Positions 36,325 through 46,763 of a stretch of 64,000 nt of DNA are shown here, one piece after another. Under the pieces are notes generated by a model that was given only the letters and a program-made list of their open reading frames with translations, did no database searches and was not told the DNA's origin. A program made the position numbers and the translations under genes. Origin of the DNA: Kondoa subrosea (taxonomy: Eukaryota); the NCBI GenBank assembly GCA_039545335.1, contig BCIN01000004.1:362925-426924 (forward strand), in the 5' to 3' direction. Each line of letters starts with the position of its first letter. Positions within the stretch are counted from its first letter, which is position 1.

Positions 36325-37643
36325 ATGGCTGCAGCAGGTCAAGGGATGGAATTCCAGGCAGTCAAGGGCGATGGACTGTACAGTCTGGAGGAGGGGCTAG
36401 AAGGCAACCGATCCACCCCAGTCACGCTTCAATTGCTACCGCCAGAGCTGCTGGCCGAAATATCCTCACACTTGAATCCTAGAGACGCTCTGTCGACTGC
36501 TCTGACTTGCCAACAACTTTCTTCTGTCTGCATTGAAGCAGTCTACCGAACAATACGTGTACGAAGAGTCTCTCAGATGGATCTGGTCATCTCTGCCCTC
36601 GCTGAAGACATCACGAAGCAGCATTGGCCAAAAAAGCTTAGTTTGAGGTTGCTTCAACCCGAAAGCAGTCTCTCCGACAACGAATACATTATCGAATTTC
36701 TATCGCAAACCGTCTTTCCAAAGCTCTACCGATTAATCAAACTAGTACCTCATCTACAAGACTTGACACTTCATTTTGGATTATTGGCCAGCAGTCTAGG
36801 ACATCTCTGGGTCAATCTTCTTTCCCCGCTGGAGCATTTGAGAAGTCTGCAATGTGTTGATGCTCCTGATTGCGAATGCGAACTAGAAGAAGGAATGAAC
36901 GAATGGACTCAATTGCTGAAGATGGTGACTTCGGCAAAGCCAACTTTGAAGAGATTGGCTCTGGAAGGTTTTAATCGATATATCGAACCAACTGCACTGC
37001 GAATTACATCGATCACCACGCTGCTGACCATTGATTGCGATTTGAGCCAAAGCGAATTAACTCAGCTTTTCTCAGCTTTTCCCAGCCTCTCGACTCTCCA
37101 TCTAGCATTGACGGGAAGTGATGTCTATGCTAAGCAATCATTCGAAAACGTGATGGAACAGATCTGTCTGTGGTGTCCCAATCTCAAGTATCTCTTTCTA
37201 TCTATAATGAAGTTAGAGGAAGCTGAGCTTGAACGCTTCCCATACATGGACAAGCTTATCCATCTAGAAACGTGCATCTTGCACTTACCTTTTTATACTT
37301 CTCTACAAGGAGCTCTGAAACAGGATCTACCGTCTTCTTTAAAACTTCTGGTCCTCCAATCTGCAAATTTGCGAATTTGGGATCTCGAGCACTATATTGC
37401 GGCCTGGAAGAATCATATTCCAGCTGATCGGTTGGTCATTCGTTTTGAAGTCGCTTGGAAAGAAGAGGTCCGTCAGAGTAGCTTCTCATTTCGTGTAATT
37501 GATTTCTGACGTGACGCTATCAGGACGTTACCGTATTTCAAAGCTATATCTATCAATTTCATGAATATAATCAACGCCTTCGATTCGAAATCAGAACCTT
37601 TGACAGCCATCATCGACTAACGTTTAAAGAGCAGATAGGTTAG
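36325..37643 (+). CDS. F-box protein with leucine-rich-repeat-like C-terminus; 2 exons
   Basis: LQLLPPELLAEISSHL...LSTALTCQQL...AVYRTI (F-box); LRR-like units PHLQDLTL, HLRSLQC, TLKRLAL, PSLSTLHL, CPNLKYLFL. Confidence 0.85.
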
Positions 37644-37909
37644 TGTATTGTTTTACTTGGCCAGCGCATACGCTGATATACCTCTTCCATAGCTCTGATG
37701 GACAACATGCAGTAGCATTTTTGCAAAAGCAAGATCTGTATCCCTTCTTCCCACTGCAACAGCTTACATAATCTTCGAGCTTCGGGCCATTTGGATCGTA
37801 GTGCATTATGTTATACACTTTCATTGAAGCGTCGAACTGTATATCAACTTAAACAGTAGCTACCGCAACTGTGCTGCGGTTCTTGTAAACGAGCACATCT
37901 CAAGTGATA

Positions 37910-38945
37910 ATGGCAGCTGAGCGCAATATTCCCTTCAAGGCTCTAATGAAAGCCTTTCCGCTGTATACATACGAATCAGATGCACCTGCACCCACCAGAG
38001 ATCATAAGGGTAACCAATTGTGGGTGTATGGCAATGACAAAAAATCGTTTGATCTGGATTCGTTACGCTGGCAAGCTGCTTTGCGATTCGCTGCATTGGA
38101 TGATATAAGCTATCTTGGATGGGCCTTTGATGACGGAGCAGTCAATGGTATGCCTGCGACTACTAGAGTCTTGAAAGCAAATCTCATGTTCATGCAGGTC
38201 ATCTACCATCTCTACATCTTTCTGACGGCACTCTGCTGTCGACTGAAGAATTACCAGCTTGGTTAGAGAAGCAAATGAACCCATCTGCTGCCAAAGAAGG
38301 TGAAGCGGAAGTGACACCAATGCAAGGCAAACAGGGCGAGAATGAGATCTGGTCAAGTCTAATAACGAAGTCTCTGATACCTCTGATCGTCTGTCATCTT
38401 CTTCATTACTCTCTAATGGTGCTGAGAGAGTGGGCTAGGTCATCTTGCTCAATACCGAACCTCTTTATTCACTCTACACGCAAAAACTCTATCACCCACG
38501 GATAGATCAAGGTCCCTATTTGTCCCAACTAATGCATTCTTCTCTATCTTCCGCTCGGAAAGCATCGAATTTGACTAACCTTCGGCATATGATCAATGGT
38601 CCAAACGTCAGAGGAGCAGTGAATCAGGAAGAGATCGAGCAAGGAGCTTATTCAGCTTTGGACGCGCTCGAAAACAAGATGATAGCGAAAGAAGAGAACA
38701 GTACTTGGTTCTTGAGCTCTGAGTATGTATCTCTCACCTAATTCGTATTAGCAAGTGCTGATGGTGGTACGAACAGGAAAGCACTACCTGTTGACTCGTT
38801 GTTATTCGCCTCGGTGGATCTGCTCTGCCGAATAGGCAACGCTCTGCCCGAACCGGACTCAGCTAATCTCTCACGGAAACTCAAACAATGTCCCAAACTC
38901 GTGACATGGGCGCAAAGGATGGAAAATAAGTACTTCGCTACGTAA
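37910..38945 (+). CDS. Metaxin/Sam35-like mitochondrial outer-membrane import component (GST-like fold); 4 exons
   Basis: KAFPLYTY, SFDLDSLRWQAALRF, GAVN|GHLPSLHL, AYSALDALE...WFLSSE|KALPVDSLLFA, CPKLVTWAQR. Confidence 0.8.
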
Positions 38946-39091
38946 GCATTTATTCGGAACGGAATATCATCATGTATTTCAATATAATTGTACAATGGTA
39001 AACACACAAAAGAGGGAAAAAACTCTGTATACCCAAAATGATATAGACTCCGTTTACAAATCCCTGACCATGATATATGTATGCGAGTGTA

Positions 39092-42000
39092 TCAAGCAGA
39101 AATACTGGCTTGCTGTGCTAGCCATAATGAGAAATCGCTTTTCCAGAACAGACGCTCTAGTGCTGTTCGACCACTCCAGGCTCTTTGATCACGTAAAATG
39201 ACAGCTGATTGTGCAGCGTCTGCGAAAAATATGTTAGTTGATGATGTTGAGCAGGAGGCAGACACTTACAATTGCGATGCTCGGTATCAAATTGTTCTCG
39301 AGACTCGACACCTTCGATCAAGAAGTCGATGTCTTCCAAGCATGCCGATAGAGTATTTCGAGCTAGAAGATATTCCCCCGAACGGCTGACTTCTGATCGT
39401 GCACCGGAAGATGTCATGTTTGACAAGTTCGCTTGAATAGTGCCTGCGTACGTAAAGATTAGCAAACGATTCATCGATTGACAACCAAGATACATACCAA
39501 CGATCCTTCGTGTTTCATGCAACAAGCGCTGCGCTTGCTGAGGATTCCGCCTGCTCATCAAAAGCAGCGTTCTTGTTTCCATATCGGAACAAAGGAGCTC
39601 GATACGTCTTCTAACGACTGCTGGATCTGATACCGGCGCTACATGCTGCTTCGTCTTGTCTCTTGGAGGAGGAGTGAGATTGACCATGAGGAGAACAGGA
39701 TAAGGCATTCTCGAAACGACTTTGCCTGCGATTGGATCTTTGTAAGAAGCGTTGACTTCGAAGAGCGGTACTTCTTCAGCTAGGCCGTCATACTCTTCAT
39801 CTAGGAAGTCATTTGAGTATTCATCGAGCGAAGAAGGATCTAAATGAAGGTCAGACTAGTGTATTTGACGGGAAAAGGCCTTAGACTCACTCAATCCAGC
39901 ATTATCCAGGAAGAATTGATCTGTTGCCGTACTATATTTGCCTCCTGAGCCAACACCATGTATTATTGGACTTCCGCCAAACGGATGCGAATTCTTGCGT
40001 TTGATCGGTTCCAGGCGCATCTCCACTTCGACCAGGAGTTCTCTCTTTTCGCCATAACGCAAGTCTGCGACATCAATATCCACGTCAACACCATCTTGTG
40101 CGACTATAGAATTCTGAATTCCAGCAACTCTTCTGATTCTGAACCATCTGTGTTCAGGAACGTTGATGTGCAGCTTCACATTGACTGCTCCGACTGAAAG
40201 AATACCTCCGACACATCCTGCGATACTGTCTTTGAGGTGATATAGTTCTTTTACGAAGGTCTAAATGGAAGGTTTTAGACACAGGGATCTGGTGTCGGCG
40301 ATGACTACTCACATAGGTTCCGCCAGTATGATTGCTCAGTAGCCACAGACTGCTCGGATCGTGATTCTTGGCCCAACCAAATGTATGTATCGGAACGCTG
40401 AGCGAAAGATCAGCTTCATCTCCTAACGCAGTCTAAATTATACTTACGCAGCGGCTTCACACCTAGCCATGACCAATTGCATCTGAGACTTGCCGGATCC
40501 ATCTTTCCCATCGTTCATCAGTACGACACCAGTCAAGGCTGACTTAGATTTCCGTTGAAGCAGTACATCTAGAGCCAAATTCACAGCCGTGAGCACTGTA
40601 ACTTTATCTTCTTGCTGATCTACAGCGTCAGAAGATGCTTGAGATGAATCTTTGCCTAGGTCGTTAACGATGGCTTCTAATCTTGCTCGACCGTCTTCTC
40701 TGCCAGTAGCTAAGAAAGGTGTTTTTCGTAAGATGCCTTTGCTGCCTTCGCCAGCACAATATGTGACTAGACTGATCCTAGCTCTGGTACCGACGTTAGC
40801 TATCAGGAATTCAAGAGTCGACTTGATCAAACGGATTTTGAGGTGATATGAGGATGGTGCATTGGTTGCAGCAGGAACAGAGAAGATAAGCATCAGATCC
40901 ATAGCTGGTAGATCGTGAGGTAGATTGAGTGAAGAAATGACGAGAGAACCCTGTTCTTCTATTGCAGAGTGACGAGTCGAAGGCGAGTGTATAGATTCAT
41001 CTCTTAGGGTATCTTCTTCCATTAGGGTCGGCATTTCTTTACCGCCAGAGTGTGATGCTCCAGTAGATGACATAGTGGTCCTAGAATTGCGAGTATAGCC
41101 AGAAGCAGCTGACGAGACGGTCGATCGATTTGAGGAAGTTTCTTGCGATTGAACAGATTCACGCATAGAATTGGTAGAAGCTTTCGGCTGAATGCTTTGC
41201 GATGAAGCAGGATGTTGTAGTTTGCGAAGAAGACGGTTGATATGGTTGTGCCATGCAAGTAGAGCTGGCTGATTGCTGAACACAAGGACAAAGGCATCCA
41301 GAGCTTCGTCGGCCTGCGATTGTTGTCAGCTCAGTTTAGTCAAGAGGTAGAATTACTCACCATACTGATTGTCAGACTAAGATCTCCTTCATTGACCTGA
41401 AGTCCAGCTATATGTTTGAAGAACACTCTTCCCTTCAATCTTAACTTATTCGAGGGTCCGTTGACATCAGGTGATTTAGGCTGTCCTTTCTTTCTATCTT
41501 CCAGTGCGCAGAGTAGAGCTTCATCAAAGAGATAAACAATAAATTCCCGACTGCCAATCGCGATCAATTATCTGCCCAATATACAGCATGGAGCTGAACT
41601 CACGTATTTTGATCTTTCTTGATATGCAGCCGATCATACTTCTGCAATTGCCCAAACTCTTCCACTAAGCTGCCTTTCCAGTCTATCAAACGTTTTTGCA
41701 AATCAAGCATCACTTCATTTATCGCATCTGCATTTTCTTCACTTGATGATGATGATTCCGGATGTGAAGGTAGAGCAGGTAAAGTAGCGCCATAAGAATA
41801 CCCGTTGTTCGACTCTTCCGAAACAGATAAACTTCTGTGACGCATTGATTGACCTGGTGGAGAAGTAGGTGAATGTATAGAATTGCTGGGTTCCGATCTC
41901 AAGCTATTAGAGTGGACTCTTGATGATGCTATAGATCTTGCAGGATTTGATCTTCTTTCTGCTCGACTTGGTAATTCAACAGTCACCATACAGGTGATGT

Positions 42001-43218
42001 TCGATATAGTTGGCTGCTTTTCAGCTGGCGAAGGTCTAGAGACACTGGTGTATTCTGTTCGTACTGTAACTCTGGGCTGAGCGAGGACATGAGGTGGCGG
42101 AGGTAATCGATGAGAAGAATGATCGCTGTGTTGTGAGCGAGAAGCAGAGAAGTGTTGAGATCCAGCAGAACGTCCATTCAGAGCTACAAGTGTATCTCCG
42201 GAAGCTCTGTGCGAATGACCGTGATGAGAAGAATAAGGCGAACTGTCGAGAAATTGAACAGGTTCATCGTCTTCTTCTGGGTCGTGACCTGGTGCAAAAT
42301 CTCCAGAGTCCGTCGATATTGTTCGCTTTGTAACAGAGCGCATCTTGTGCGTGTCCATATTCGGGCTATGTTTGCTGCCTGGAAGTCCAAACATGGCTGC
42401 TGATTCTGTTACATGCTAAGCGTCGCGCTCACTATCATCATAGCTGGCACTAACTATTTTTACCGTGATCTGAAGGATCTCCAAGCTTCATGTCCCTGCG
42501 TGTGGAAGGACTAATCAGTATTGAATATCGCGCTAGATTCGAAAGACTGACCTTCTACAAACACCACAAACACCTATGGGACCAACTCGAATCTTTGCTC
42601 TTGCTACAGGTCCATAAACGACTTCGAAACAGGCTTCATCTGTTTTGACGGCTCCCGATTAGAGGTTTCTTTGATTTTCCGATGCTCGAACATACGCAGC
42701 TTGTGACCACAAATAGGTACAACGTGAGGTTTTTCGCCATGTAACCTCATAGCAAGCGATTCCAAGCAGACAGGACAGTTCTCATCATCGTTTGAAGCAT
42801 CTCTGATCATAGGTGAAGACATTTGAGCTGAAGAATAGACAGGAGCTGAAGCAGCTCTTTGCAAATCTTGAGCTGAATACAAAGGAGTATATGGTCTTGG
42901 TGTAGGTGAGCTTGGAGAATCGTTGCTGTGGATGAGCTTGGACTGCGTTGAACTTGAAAAGGTGCTAGCACTTGAGCTGGAAGCTGCAGAGGAGGCTACA
43001 GGTGAACGAAGCAGTGACGACGATGAGAAGAGGTTAGAGAAGCGAGCTTTGGCTGCAGGAGAGGACGCTCTGTCTTCCTTTGGCTTGAGATATAGAGGCG
43101 AGCCCAATTGATTAGATTCGTCGAGGTCAAATGCAAAAAGCCCCTGTTCGGCGTCGCTAATAGCTGGCACTGGGAAACTCGAAAGCACTTGATCGCTGTT
43201 TTGCGTTGTGCGAGCCAT
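39092..43218 (-). CDS. RING-H2 + PH + von Willebrand A domain protein (Far1/Ste5-like MAPK scaffold), multi-exon
   Basis: CPVCLESL...VPICGHKL|...CFEVVYG...CGVCR (RING); REFIVYLFDEALLC...LRLKGRVFFKHI (PH); PAMDLMLIFSV...IHTFGWAKNHDPSSLWLLSNHTGGTY (vWA). Confidence 0.85.
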
Positions 43219-43999
43219 GGCTTTTTGAGTCTTGTATTAACGCTTGGATTCTTCAGGAAGGACCTTCTAAGAGATCCCTGCGCGATCACGCGTGCAGCCG
43301 CAGACTATTGACTGCTTGTCTTGCTGTCCTTTACTGCCAGTCAGGTCGTCGTTTAGAGCAGTGCTGCGCGCGCAATTAAGAGCCAAGACAAAAGCGGTCG
43401 ACAATAGAGTTGCCGAATCTGGGGCGGAAGCGAATTCGAGGGAGCAGCAACAACAAGCACTTGACAGGAGATACCGGGAGCTAAATGAATGACAGCTAGT
43501 CAATTATATCCGCGCTAATGAGAAACTTCACATTCCCAATGGCGGCTTTCGGCAAACCTGCTATATGCAACTGGAAACGGAAGGAACAGGTCAAGACTGC
43601 TATATACAAGGCGCACACCTGGTCAAGCAGGATCGTCTAATATCAAATGTAGTACGGTTTTGTCCTCAATGGACAAAAGCTTCAGCTTACTAAGCACTTC
43701 CTGGGGTTTGCTGACATTCCAACAGAGCCTCATCTTCTGATGCAACGCTGTATTGTTTTGCTCGACTTATCTCTTTATCTTGCTCTCATATCACAGCGAC
43801 CTTCACAGCTACGTGTATTGGACGGAAACAATCAAGGAACAGGATAGATGCCGAGATTATGATAAAAGAGGGACATTAGAGAGGCAGAAAGAGGATCATG
43901 AACCACAGGATAAAGAGAGGAAACTTTCGGAAACGCAAACACTGCGGACAGAGGAAAAGAGAACACTTGAACTGTCAGAGCAACAAGATAAAAGACATG

Positions 44000-44801
44000 T
44001 CAAGAGATATTGCAACATCTCGCTACAGCACCGGCATCAGAAGGGTATTTCTGCATGATATAAGTCGTCCACTTGGCTTCTTCGAATTGATAGGCTAGGT
44101 GCATGCCTCGATATATGTAGAAATCGCGCTTCAAGCAGATCAGTCTATGGTGAAACACTCTCGGGGAATATACGCACATCATACGTCGTGTTGGTCTCGA
44201 GAATAGTATCGATCTGTTTTGCATCAGCCTATATACCCATTCAGCCCTTTGCAACGCAGCGGAAGTGAGAGACATACAATAGCAAACGCATGATCAAGTA
44301 AAGCACTTCCGTGACCTCTACCTTGATATCCTCGTTTGGTAGCCAGAACATGTACATATAAGCTGTCACGCAAATAATGTTTGCCTCCAACTTTGCAATA
44401 GGCTTCATGCAACACGGCTGTTATCTGCGTACTTGTGCGATTAAGAGTGACCGTCGCTAGCTGACGGTACAGCGTACCTCATCCATCTGCAAGAGAATTT
44501 TCTCATCTACTTCATTTCGTAATATAGACCAATACTTCCCTTGTCGTTCTTGGAAAGGTATAGATCCAGTATCGGCCACAAGGAGAACAGCATGATTGGA
44601 TCCGATAGTGAAGATCCGACCAGAGTAAAGCGCTGTTTCGACCGCCGCACAGAGCCAAAGATACCAAATATGTTCGATCTTTGCCTCGTCGTCAGAATAA
44701 GGGGAGAAGATTGCAACTTTGTGTGGATCATGAGCGAAAGAGTCAGCTAGCATAGCGCCCATTTCTTCTATTTCATCGTCTGGCCGAGATTCATGATTCA
44801 T
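44000..44801 (-). CDS. GNAT-family N-acetyltransferase; 4 exons
   Basis: MLADSFAHDP, LYVHVLATKRGYQGRGHGSALL (motif A, QxxGxG), ILETNT, RDFYIYRGM (motif B); ends ARCCNIS*. Confidence 0.85.
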
Positions 44802-45806
44802 TGATGCTTGCGAATGCTTGCTGCCGCTTACCGCTAAGAAATGTCCTCTCCTTAATTTGAGATCGCATCGTGATGCCACTATTTCAGAACGGTTGTCGCG
44901 AGGACAATGCTCGTTCCAGAGATGAGACATTCAAGAGACATATCAAAACAAATGATGTATACCGCCGCATGTTGGCCTTCGAGCTACCTAAGTCGCTCAA
45001 TCGCCAAAATTCGGACACTTGTACAATTAAATCTGCTTCATATGTCAATAGGAAGTGTATGGCGCGCGCATACACCGAAAGAGAGATTGGCGGTTGGCGA
45101 CTGCTGCAGTGCATCACTAGTCAAGACAACCGACCAGATACTAACCTCGCAGAAAGCATCATCTTCGCCTCTATTGAGCCTTTGATCCGATAACATATAG
45201 GCCAACTCTTACGCAACATACAACTTGAAGCTGCGAAAACAACTCATGCTGGACAGATTCCGCTCCCCTTCATCAATTCAGACTACCATCTTTAGCGGCA
45301 GCCGGATGCTATTGACTTGTTTAGTAGAGCTTCAAATCCAATCAACCATACAGCGAGTCATTCCGTCGATTTCGAAGATGCCCTTGCATGACACGAGGAA
45401 TGCCAGAAGCAACATGCTCTCAAGGCCGAACGCCAAAGCGGATTAGATCAATATCTGTACTCGCGCAATCTGAGCAAGCCCTCCAAGATGATGGCATTCG
45501 TACTCAGGTGATGCCGAATCAGACATGAGGAACGGAAAAGAGGAGTACGGCAAAGAGAGAGCGAGGTAATAAGACATCTTAGCTGTAGAGGTACCGCGCA
45601 ATAGAGGCAAACAACCCGAATTATAGACGCGTCTCCAATTTTGTACCTTCAGTACAATTGCCCGAAAATGATTGGACACTACGCAAGACACGGAGCCGTA
45701 GCATAGATCGCATGCTTGAGATAGAAGAGAAGAAAAAATGGTCCGCTTGGGGAGGCGCAAGAGATCTTGCTGGCCAGCAGAAGATGCATATATCCAAAAC
45801 ATTCCA

Positions 45807-46594
45807 CTAATTGACCAATATACCGACCATTGTCGCATCGAGCATATTCTCCGCGTTGATCCAAGCATGCGTTTTCACTATCCATATATATTAGCACAGG
45901 TCATGAAATGGTTAATTTGGTCATACTGAACAGCTCAGTACCTAGTGCGAACCATCAGCAAACTTCTCGAACAAGCACAATACAAGCTCACCATCCTTCC
46001 CAGCTACACGCATCAGTTCTGGTACACCACCAGGATGAAACTTGAGATACGGCGTAATGTTATAAACTCTCCCTTGAAACGCAGACCAACAATCATCCTT
46101 CTTCTTATGCTGAGCCAATTCCTCTCTTGTAATCCTCGATAATTGAGTCACTCCGCCCTATTCCAAAACATGAGCTCTCTACTGTTCTGTCGTGTGCAAG
46201 GCGAATTCCAACCAACTCTCAGATCTTGTCCCGAGCTTTTCAGCTTAGCCCAATCTAGCTGACTATAACCAGGTTCCAAAGCTACTTTCCTCCTCGGTTT
46301 CTTTGGCATAGAAGTAGTGCTTGAAGGTAGACCAAGAGCAGATTGCCTCTGGATGCTGTTCTTTGCAGGGAAACAAGGTGCATCGTCAGAATCTATCTCT
46401 TGATCTTCATCATCTTGCTCCTCATCTGATGCTGGTGGTGTATCATCTTGAAATTGAAACGAAGGGGTCGCAAGGATTTGCGCATTCAGATCTCCTTTTA
46501 TTGTCGTTGTAGATTTGGGCACTGCTTTAGACGAAGACGCTATAGGCGGTGCTTGCTGTCTCCAGGATGTTAGTGCTGAAAGATAGGTAGTCAT
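45807..46594 (-). CDS. IRC21: Cytochrome b5-like heme-binding protein (Irc21-like); 4 exons
   Basis: RKVALEPGYSQLDWAKL, ELAQHKKKDDCW...VYNITPYLKFHPGG...AGKDG|TELF|MKTHAWIN, with both heme-ligating His present. Confidence 0.85.
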
Positions 46595-46763
46595 ATTAGT
46601 CGACGGATGCTGTTATGAGAAGACACCTGATGGAAATCGCTGAGACAACATTGATCCGTGGCGATATTGAAGATCGTATTACATTGAGGCTAGCATAGTA
46701 CTGTACAACATCCCTATGCATTCGACTGCGACCAGCGCATTCAATTGCTTCTTCCTCTCAGCT

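Noticed and set aside
10926..43218. Mating-type locus suggested by KEX1 plus the Far1/Ste5-like gene
   Set aside because: They are about 26 kb apart among housekeeping genes; no STE3 receptor, CaaX pheromone precursor or homeodomain gene was found.
43753..44058. + strand ORF with repeated KR sites, like a Kex2-processed peptide precursor
   Set aside because: It starts at TTG, has no good signal peptide or repeated peptide unit, and overlaps the GNAT end. The KR codons derive from the GATAAAAGA motifs.
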